This document shows, piece after piece, positions 58,601 to 64,000 of a stretch of DNA of 64,000 nucleotides (its first letter is position 1; every line of letters starts with the position of its first letter). The stretch lies in IMG/VR virus record IMGVR_UViG_3300013286_000013, positions 9,189-73,188 of that record; one strand, 5' to 3'. The stretch comes from a virus. The position numbers were made by a program, and so were the translations under genes. Below the pieces are notes generated by a model. That model ran no database searches, was not told the origin of the DNA, and was given only the letters and a program-made list of their open reading frames with translations.

Positions 58601-61600
58601 TGCGCTACAGGTTGTAGGCGGTATTGGTGCAAGTACACTATATCTAAGTACAGATGGTTGGATAGGTACAGCACAGATCGTAACAAGTGCCAACATCAAC
58701 AGCTTCTCCGGTGGTACAATTAACAATGCATTAACACTTGCCAACACGACAGATTCAATTAGTACACAAACTGGTGCTCTAGTTGTTACTGGTGGTGTTG
58801 GCATTGGCAAGAATTTATGGGTTGGCGGAAATGCAAACGTGTTGGGTAACATGTACCTAACAGGTGATTTGTATGTAGACGGCATACAGACTATTATTGA
58901 CAGCACACGTATCCAGACTGGCGACAAGGCGATATATCTAAGCACAGCATCAGGCAATGCAGGTCTTGCAATCAACTCTGGTTTATATATCGGTAACACT
59001 ACAGCACCTTATGCTTCCATGTTGTTTGATGGAATCAATGCTTGGGTAAGTCAAGGAAATATTATTCCTTCTACATCAGGTGGTTGGAATCTTGGAAACA
59101 ACACTACACCATGGAATACATTATATTCCTTGACTGCTCGTTTCTCGGGTGCGGTTGATTCGACTACCACACAGACAGGTAGCCTACAGGTTGTTGGTGG
59201 AGCAGGTGTTGGTAAGAGCTTGACTGTTGGAAATACAGCAACAGTTCAAAGCACTCTATACAACTTGACCAGTGCCAGCGGTAATGCAATCTACACACCG
59301 GGAGGTATTGGCGCCAAGTACCTAAGTATTGATACCAACGGTTACATCAACGGTAGTCCAATTGTAACAGTTGCCAACATTGGTGCCTACGCATACAATG
59401 GCGGTTACGTAGCAAATGCTATTATCGTTAACTCGACTACAAATGCAACGTCTGCATTGAATACAGGATCATTGGTAACCTATGGTGGCATGGCAGTCAC
59501 TAAAGATTCATACCACGGCGGCCTAGTAGCGATTGCAAGTGCATTGTCAAGCACAAGTACCATTGCCGGTAATGCACTACAGGTTACTGGTGGTATTGGT
59601 GCTAACACATTATACATTGCCACAGCAGGTTACATTGGTACAAGCCCAATTATTACAGCGGCTAATATTAACAGCTTCTCAGGCGGTACAATTAATGCGG
59701 CATTGACAATCAATAATGCTACACAGTCAATCAGCACAACAACTGGTGCATTGATTATACAGAATGGCGGTGTGGGTATTGGTGGCAACATCTACACAGG
59801 CGGCTATGCGGCCATTGGTGTAAACTACGGTAACGCAGGTACATTGGGCAACACAGCTACAGGTAGCCTACAGGTATTTGGTGGTGCTGGTATCAACGGC
59901 AACTTGACAGTTGCAAGCCAAGGGTACTTTGGTGGCAACGTAGGTATTAATACTGCTCTTCCAGGTCAAGCACTTGAAGTTAACGGTAACATTGTTGCTG
60001 GTTCATATAACAGTTCACGTGTACAGATTACAAACGCAGGCGGCTCACAGGCAATTTACGAAATTAAATTGACTGAAGCAAGCCCACGTTGGCAGATCGG
60101 ACGTGATTTATTCAGTACAGATATTTCTGGTATTGCGTTTATGAACGCAAATCAAACATTTGCCGCAGGCGGTGCAGGGGTTGGATCAATATCTGGTAGC
60201 AACGGCTACTTGGGATTCTATACAACCAACGGTACTAACCAAACACTACGCGGAGTTATTGATGGTGGATCACAGGGTGGTAACTTAGGACTTGGAGTTT
60301 CAAGCAACTTACAGGGCAAGATACACATCAATGGTGCAAGTGCAAGTGGTTACGGTATCTATGCAACAGGCAACAATGATCACATCTTAAGATCAGGTGC
60401 ATCGGGATCATATGTTGATCTAATTATTACTCGAACAGGCGTTGGTGGAAATTCAGACTTCCGTATTGGCGTAGCTGGTGCCGCAAGTAACTTTATTGCT
60501 ACTGCGGCCGCTGGTGATGCTGTTGTAACCTACGGTAGCAACTTGATATTTGCCAATGCTGCCAACTATGAAATGGCTCGCTTTGGCAATGGTGCATTTA
60601 CTATTGCAACTGCTACACAGGCGATTAGTACACAGAGCGGAAGCATTGTAACCTACGGTGGTGCAGGTATTGGTGGCAATCTGTTTGTCGGTGGTACAGC
60701 AAACATAACAGGTACAACATTTATTAGTTCTGCTATTGCAAGTACAAGTACTATTGCTGGTAATGCACTACAAGTCACTGGTGGTATTGGTGCGCAGAGC
60801 ATCTTCTTAACTAACAACAGCTGGATCAACGGTTATCAAATTGTTACAACACAGAACGTTGGATCATTTACTGGTGCGTTTAACGGCGGTACAATTACCA
60901 ATCCGTTGTTTATACAGAACGCAACCAATTCCGCAGGTACTGGTTCGGGTGCGTTGTATACAACCGGTGGTATTGGTATAACACAAGACTTGTATGTTGG
61001 TGGTCAAACAACTCACATAGGTATTACTAACCTAAGCGGCCTAGTAACAGTTATCAACGCTACACAGGCAACAAGCACAACAACAGCCGCAGTAAAAATT
61101 ACCAACGGTGGACTAGGTGTTGGTGGTAATATTTGGACTGGTGGTAACATCAACTTCAATACCGCAGTTAACAAAATTCGTTGGCAGACTACACAAATTG
61201 CAGTGGGCGACGACGGCGGCGCTGGTCAAGGTTCAATATTCTTTAACAGTAACAATGCCGGTTATCCATCTTCAACAAGTTCAGTACAAAGCGTTGTAAT
61301 TGGTGCCTATGCTGGCCCGGCATTGAGTGGTGCCCAGACTACCCTAGTTGGTAACAATGCAGGTTACACATTGACCAGCGGTGTGGGAAATACTCTAATT
61401 GGTTATAATGCAGGTAACTTAATTGCCGCTGGCACATATAATACCTATGTAGGTAATAGTGCAGGTGCAGGTAATAACTCAACATTGAGTGCAGGCGTTG
61501 GTGTTGGCTATCAAGCTCTACAAGTTGCATCAGGAAATCAAAACGTTGCACTAGGTTATCAAGCAGGTAAGTCAATTACCAGCGGTGCCTACAACGTGGT

Positions 61601-63257
61601 AATTGGTGGTATTGATGGCTCAACTATTGCCGCTTTAAGCAACAATATTTTACTTGCAGACGGTCAAGGCAACCTACGTGCTTCATGGGACAGTGCTGGT
61701 ATACAGACACATCCTGGACAACTTAAAGTTACCAACATCACCAGTGCCACAAGCACTATAACGGGTGCTGTAATTATATCAGGTGGCCTAGGTGTTGCAG
61801 GCGACATCTATGCACGTAACATCTACGCTAACGGTGCCTTAGTTGGTACAGGTAGCGGTGGTGGCAGCGGAGGCTCTTCAACAAGTACACCATACATTGC
61901 TGTAACAAGTGCAACAGTATCTATCTCAACATTAACAGGTGCAGAGATTGTAACTGGTGGTGTTGGTATTGGTAAAGACTTGTTTGTAGGGGGTCCAGTA
62001 TCAATTGGATTGAACACATTCCTAAACAGCGGTGCTAACTTACAATTATCTGGCAACCAAATATCTAGTGGTGCGAATATTGCACAAGGCCTGTATGCAC
62101 AAGGCGGCAACTTATTAGTTTACAGCAACGATTGGTCAGTGGGTAACTGGACAAAATTAAACACTACCTATCAAGCAGGTAGTACATACAGCCCAGACGG
62201 CACACTGAATGCTACTAAACTTGTTGAAACAAGTGCCAACGGTAATCACTACTTCCAGCAGACAATTAGTCAAGTTGGTCCGATTACAGTCAGCGTGTTT
62301 ATGCAGTCCGCTGATCGTACCTACGGTGCAGTTAACATTACCATTGCAGGTCAAGCACACTCAGCATGGTTCAACTTGTCAACAGGAGCTGTGGCAAATA
62401 CAAACGGTGCTCTATACCCTGTTCAAGCTCGTTGCGAATTTGTTCCATACGTTGGCACAGGTAACTGGTATCGTTGCTCACTAACAGTTTGGGCACCAAC
62501 CAGCGCAACAGCAACAGCGTTTGGTATCTACACAGCGATTGGTGCCGGTACAGTTATTAACGACAGCCTAACATCCTACACTGGTACAGCAGGATTTGGT
62601 ATCTACATATTTGGTGCGCAGGCAGAAGCAGGTTACATTGCAGGTTACTATACACCGTCAACAAGCGCGGCAGTTGCTTCCACTACAAACAACTTGTATT
62701 CGGGTGGTAGCCTATATGTAGCAAGCACAGCAACCGTGGCTGGAAGTGCAGTAACAACACAAGCCACATTGATGACACAGTTGGGAGGTACAACACTCAA
62801 CCAAATCATCATCAACAACGCTACGCAGGCAACCAGTACTATAACTGGTGCGTTACAGGTAATCAATGGTGGTGTTGGTATTGGCGGCAACTTGTATGTC
62901 GGCGGCACATTATTTGCAACTGCCAAGAGCTTCTTGATCGATCATCCAACTAAACCAGGACAGAAATTACAATACGGTAGTTTAGAAGGACCAGAAAACG
63001 GAGTCTATGTACGCGGTCGCTCTACAAATGGTATTATTGAACTACCTGATTATTGGACTGCATTGGTAGATGAAAATTCTATCACGGTTGATATGACACC
63101 AATAGGTGCGCATCAGAAACTGTATGTAGATCGTATCGAAAACAACAAAGTTTATATTGGTAATGAAAACATTATGAGTAAGAAAATCAACTGTTTCTAT
63201 ACAGTATGGGCCGAACGCAAAGACATCGGCAAGCTAGACGTAGAAGGAGGAAAATAA
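49641..63257 (+). CDS. Giant multidomain tail fibre-like protein (4538 aa)
   Basis: TGALxVxGGxGI repeats; beta-helix module (~52000-53800) with inserted LamG domain (YTVEAWIY..WYHVALVR..GYIDDFRIS); NTxxGYxAG adhesin-like repeats; carbohydrate-binding-like domain (SPDGT..WYRCS..GAQAEAG); C-terminal KSFLIDHPTK..SLEGPENGVYVRG..ERKD domain. Confidence 0.82.
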   Translation: MATNDDFIVKNGLVVRAASSEYQSTSTQTGAIVTPGGLGIGQNATIGGQLNVLSTSSFAGQLQVGGITKILSTAINTATVTPTGNALQVAGGIYAQNINIGGIGLIKGSQILTQADGFKGGIITEPLTINTTTQSTSTYSGALTSPGGIGIGGNLNVGGYAQITGTTYLFGDAYGNGQHLLTNLVASPGPGIASKVTFNGYTATIITTNTGVLSVVGGTGINVDTPNGNVTVSNVGVTYIQAGTDITVDVNTGTVTINDASTLQSLLTRGNSTDQIVNLNNGAISNDPTINNTLNVLGSIGATQLTVANTSYIGGAIVVTTSNINRYVGGVITNTLRIQNTTSSLSTQTGALVVDGGVGVGQDVNIGGQLFVQGGITVLGSYTTVTINSTQTVFTDPVIDLGSGYNNRALSINDGLDRGVLLHYNTGSNTTFDNHAFLGRQASTGNLVYLTDVLPGGNENVPNPFVGEWGTFKTGQIILTSPTASTSTTSGALTVVGGIATQGNLNAKAVYDAGNRVVTNINVTSTLVSLTDPGSGIAVVSTVVTGSYVTVNLTNTGIVGLFPGAGIGIAGTGGFTATNGMMVGVPNIYNRGVLTVSVIGDLNVTWNGQSYYTGDIVLSNLSTLQTVTDRGSSTTNIVKVLNQTTSTTDTATNALQVLGGISAKTLLITDSGYINGAQIVTSSTINSFSGGTINNSLFIASTQTSTGSTSGALRVSGGVGLATTLNVGGLGSFLNTGTALSVTGNALFSSTIYVNTVSALTLGLDLISVGTGTVKVNGVDLLSHPANVKYVSATSGSNTNDGWRPNSAYATIAYALTQATTGTAVYLAAGTYTEVFPLTVPAGVTVQGAGLRSTIVQPTTGTKNNNGFLLNGEVLVCDLTVANFFQPGSGFAFTSGAKITTKSPYIERVSVITRGSVTSASDPFGFNQADAGNGVKLDASLLDATSLEPAVLFNEATFIVPNAVGIYMTNGARAELLNGFTYFASKSIQAEAGATGLAGAGKTRLKLSGITGTFGVGDIVTYKDPSGNTKAQGTIASTDGTYIYLAGPVWGFETITDRAGKTVTAYGNAKQSTVQKKFGTSSYVGDGSGDYLEVLSDSDFQFGSLGSYTVEAWIYLNSLGKTQRIFYKGTAGTNFRVSVNSSNVLSAVHAGATIVGITALTTGVWYHVALVRNADLGTFRIYLNGTLDAYTTGVTGNVNNVDPVSIGGIAATAGDSLDGYIDDFRISNVARYTAGTYTVPTSAQTSDVATVLMLNFDGGNLSTTFVDSANGTQNIISNAAASATRIALADYHQFGAELRCIGSASVYGTQGVIANGTGTDLKLIAYNMSHIGSGKDFSNDNSLVVQANEVIQTNGGLVYFQTVDQTGNFRVGTSFLINEQTGNVSFGNANVNLSSLNQLQITDGSHYATILPTSISVGNLSLSGNSLSALSGGISITPSGGIVTINSSATVVGGLTISGSFAVPALINSTSTNTGALTVGGGLGVGLQVQAGSTITTYSAAGSTSSILNNAVTVPNGGIGANTLYLTGKGYSAGNEIVTTATIGSSLGGTVPNALRITSLTQSTSTNTGALVVDGGVGIGGNLTIGGSLNLLGGGSVLTNVSATTDAYIGASVTKTGTTATINIVNLGVQTVTAGSGIAVSANTGTVLIANTDTLDTVLARGSSTSQIITMSNVGYSTSTIAGNVLQVTGGIGAAHLYLSTDGFIAGAQIVTSSTIGSFVGGQAVTSPLQITSTATYALNIQNGGAYIGGTVVIGGSLQVAGTVTSINSTSVDIGNKVIFLSTLSGSAIQSSGAGIVVGKDDGIENDRWSSLLFDGGAGAAGNWVSKGGLNPFTDSTYGIGTIALQWNSAYIKTVNASSIITTSSVYSTSTIGGNALQVTGGIGARSLYLTDKSYIGPSEIITTGNLANYAGTYDGQTPLHYPVQIVNTSTSTSVNSGALQVSGGAGIVGDLYVGGSARVANRLYVTNTATIGSGVLSTTPTNGSLVVTGGIGVQGNIIVNGTIESYNDIATRGNVNVSGTTINFTNTQTSANINSYSPLFISGANGTTGVALGLSLQATNGQVVIQGGSGVAISSALTVTGAVVYQAQNTNTFGQLTISTQTGAIVAVGGIATGDSVYAGNNITANNIISSTAAAISSSTIAGNAITAPSGGLGARSLYLTDQGYINGALIVTTATINQYSGGTIGNTLNLSNTTNSLSTNTGALTVAGGVGIGKDVNVGGSLYLQGDLYVDGSRTIVNSNEIMTGDKIIYVSTGAASAILASGSGIAVGKPGGIRASLLFDGISSWSSNASVNPSGPGIGLGTYSNAWSYGYFNTIKVVGNTSSTNTLTGSLQVLGGISATENLYLGTSRTSTLTNTYNALTTLGGAYIGGQLTVSGPDAWVNGSPIVTATDNKQIAFTNTTDATNTQTAAFTVAGGVGIGSTLIVGGQQYITSLLESTITNTANALVVSGGIYADMLMVNQIATVNGGVVITTATINQFAFNGGTITKQIIINSSTQATSTITGAFQITNGGAGIGGNVYIGGELRVQANSSTFKTINVGTATITTGTVSSSIFNTATQAGNALQVVGGGSFGYLRVQNQAWVGGYPVITAQNINSYSGGTINNPLVINNGTQATSTTTGALQVTNGGLGVGGNVWSGGYYEFVDPFNISPTYDGYFGINVTLNAVNIGSNNTAIPLAFVQNKNEIGRITVYNPTGSAVGAVLGVGQTAPQFGIHLSGSSAGTWNWIQTANTMSNLVSFNNTLHSSLFGGDISKVAMAAFSSDNGATFEHWIASGGTSAGSQVPLVFAGGAWDNNLNTNTTVEWARFTSTGNFAAKNNIITTAAGFSTATIASNAMQVSGGGWFGNLYVTGAAWVGNSKVVTAATIGSYSFNGGTITTALYVNTTTQAISNSSGAIRTAGGISAVGNIYAGANFYGNLIATNVTATTINSAGSPLSIGGALTLSTATDQTGAGTGALAVTGGASITKSLYVGSNLSSTSTVGGNALQVVGGIGASTLYLSTDGWIGTAQIVTSANINSFSGGTINNALTLANTTDSISTQTGALVVTGGVGIGKNLWVGGNANVLGNMYLTGDLYVDGIQTIIDSTRIQTGDKAIYLSTASGNAGLAINSGLYIGNTTAPYASMLFDGINAWVSQGNIIPSTSGGWNLGNNTTPWNTLYSLTARFSGAVDSTTTQTGSLQVVGGAGVGKSLTVGNTATVQSTLYNLTSASGNAIYTPGGIGAKYLSIDTNGYINGSPIVTVANIGAYAYNGGYVANAIIVNSTTNATSALNTGSLVTYGGMAVTKDSYHGGLVAIASALSSTSTIAGNALQVTGGIGANTLYIATAGYIGTSPIITAANINSFSGGTINAALTINNATQSISTTTGALIIQNGGVGIGGNIYTGGYAAIGVNYGNAGTLGNTATGSLQVFGGAGINGNLTVASQGYFGGNVGINTALPGQALEVNGNIVAGSYNSSRVQITNAGGSQAIYEIKLTEASPRWQIGRDLFSTDISGIAFMNANQTFAAGGAGVGSISGSNGYLGFYTTNGTNQTLRGVIDGGSQGGNLGLGVSSNLQGKIHINGASASGYGIYATGNNDHILRSGASGSYVDLIITRTGVGGNSDFRIGVAGAASNFIATAAAGDAVVTYGSNLIFANAANYEMARFGNGAFTIATATQAISTQSGSIVTYGGAGIGGNLFVGGTANITGTTFISSAIASTSTIAGNALQVTGGIGAQSIFLTNNSWINGYQIVTTQNVGSFTGAFNGGTITNPLFIQNATNSAGTGSGALYTTGGIGITQDLYVGGQTTHIGITNLSGLVTVINATQATSTTTAAVKITNGGLGVGGNIWTGGNINFNTAVNKIRWQTTQIAVGDDGGAGQGSIFFNSNNAGYPSSTSSVQSVVIGAYAGPALSGAQTTLVGNNAGYTLTSGVGNTLIGYNAGNLIAAGTYNTYVGNSAGAGNNSTLSAGVGVGYQALQVASGNQNVALGYQAGKSITSGAYNVVIGGIDGSTIAALSNNILLADGQGNLRASWDSAGIQTHPGQLKVTNITSATSTITGAVIISGGLGVAGDIYARNIYANGALVGTGSGGGSGGSSTSTPYIAVTSATVSISTLTGAEIVTGGVGIGKDLFVGGPVSIGLNTFLNSGANLQLSGNQISSGANIAQGLYAQGGNLLVYSNDWSVGNWTKLNTTYQAGSTYSPDGTLNATKLVETSANGNHYFQQTISQVGPITVSVFMQSADRTYGAVNITIAGQAHSAWFNLSTGAVANTNGALYPVQARCEFVPYVGTGNWYRCSLTVWAPTSATATAFGIYTAIGAGTVINDSLTSYTGTAGFGIYIFGAQAEAGYIAGYYTPSTSAAVASTTNNLYSGGSLYVASTATVAGSAVTTQATLMTQLGGTTLNQIIINNATQATSTITGALQVINGGVGIGGNLYVGGTLFATAKSFLIDHPTKPGQKLQYGSLEGPENGVYVRGRSTNGIIELPDYWTALVDENSITVDMTPIGAHQKLYVDRIENNKVYIGNENIMSKKINCFYTVWAERKDIGKLDVEGGK

Positions 63258-63258
63258 T

Positions 63259-63912
63259 ATGTCAATCTCAATAGGACCTTTTATTCCTCTTTCCGGATTA
63301 GTGTTTATAGCTGATCCACGTAACACAAAATGCTATCCGGGAACAGGCACAACCGCTTACAATCAAATTGATAATCAGGCACTGACACTGAGCTCTGCCA
63401 GTGCATGGTCGGGCAACTATTTTACTCCGGGTGCGGCATATACCATTGCCAGTAACAACTCTTATTCATTGAGTGTTACTTCGGGGTATACTGTGATTCA
63501 GTTCATAAACTTGACGACTCGTGCAGGCGGAACGTTTGGCTACACATCTGGTTCAAATACTGCCAACTTGTACATGGGTAATGCGACAAACATGCGCTGG
63601 CAAACTTACCTAACAGGCGGCGACTTGACTTCAAATTCTACAGTACCATTGAGTACATGGCATTGCTGGGCAGGAAGTTTTAGTGGAACAGGCTCAGCAG
63701 GCGGAACAGCAACAAGCAAACTTTACTATAACGGAGTACTAGATGCTCAAAACAACGTGGCAGGATCTGCAAGTATAGCTGGTAATTTTCAGTTATTCTA
63801 CAGTGGACCACCTAACGGTAGCATTGGACCCACATTATTTTACAGCAGAGTCCTAAGTGACCTTGAAGTAAAAACATGCTTCCAAGCATATCGAGCAAGT
63901 TTTGGAATTTAA
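63259..63912 (+). CDS. LamG/concanavalin-A-like lectin domain protein
   Basis: GLVFIADPRNTKCYPGTGT..WHCWAGS..KLYYNGVL..YSRVLSDLEV. Confidence 0.75.
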   Translation: MSISIGPFIPLSGLVFIADPRNTKCYPGTGTTAYNQIDNQALTLSSASAWSGNYFTPGAAYTIASNNSYSLSVTSGYTVIQFINLTTRAGGTFGYTSGSNTANLYMGNATNMRWQTYLTGGDLTSNSTVPLSTWHCWAGSFSGTGSAGGTATSKLYYNGVLDAQNNVAGSASIAGNFQLFYSGPPNGSIGPTLFYSRVLSDLEVKTCFQAYRASFGI

Positions 63913-63920
63913 TAGACCAA

Positions 63921-63926
63921 TAAATA
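63921..63926 (+). promoter_or_regulatory. Late promoter TAAATA
   Basis: Intergenic ATAAATA about 20 nt before ATG 63947. Confidence 0.6.
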
Positions 63927-63946
63927 TAGGAACAATGGAATAAGAG

Positions 63947-64000
63947 ATGGCATATACTGATCGTAATATTTTAATAACGCCAAACATTGGTTCAAGTACA
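63947..64000 (+). CDS. Start of next structural gene (partial)
   Basis: ATG GCA TAT ACT.. reads MAYTDRNILITPNIGSST, open to window edge. Confidence 0.6.
   Translation, partial: MAYTDRNILITPNIGSST

Noticed and set aside
42675-63257. Numerous antisense Pro/Val/Thr-rich ORFs within the fibre genes
   Set aside because: They are the expected mirror of Gly/Thr-rich codons (GGT and ACA read as ACC and TGT) and lack SD or promoter support.
49641-63912. Diversity-generating retroelement or invertible fibre cassette
   Set aside because: No reverse transcriptase or recombinase and no adenine-mismatched template/variable repeat pair noticed; the DNA repeats are explained by protein repeats. A dot-plot was not run.
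1-64000. Stop-codon reassignment or alternative genetic code
   Set aside because: Very long uninterrupted ORFs tile the window in the standard code, and TAG and TGA both act as genuine stops.

Overview
This window is a gene-dense segment of a large T4-like (contractile-tailed, probably jumbo-class) phage genome, read in the standard genetic code. 1-13.4 kb (- strand): baseplate operon with a truncated large wedge protein, gp6-, gp25-, gp5-, hub-, LysM/gp53- and tube-initiator-like genes. 13.4-18.6 kb (+ strand): cluster under sigma70-type promoters with the gp55 late sigma factor, gp47/gp46 (Mre11/Rad50-like), an Hc1-like protein, a 2OG-Fe(II) oxygenase and a small GIY-YIG protein, followed by a ~450-nt highly structured non-coding stretch. 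19.8-33 kb: gp26/gp51-like chaperone pair joined by a probable -1 frameshift, tape measure, portal, core protein, protease, scaffold, major capsid and small virion proteins. 33.4-64 kb: three giant fibre/spike genes (2951, 2297 and 4538 aa). The most notable observations are (1) 13 ~160-aa repeats in the 2951-aa virion protein that resemble phycobiliprotein subunits, 12 keeping the bilin-attachment C-x-R-D motif; (2) the structured RNA candidate directly behind the GIY-YIG gene; (3) a lambda G/GT-style frameshift in the gp26/gp51-like pair; and (4) a TAAATA late-promoter regulon with both leaderless and structured-leader genes. All homology calls come from motif recognition by eye; no database search or folding program was run.
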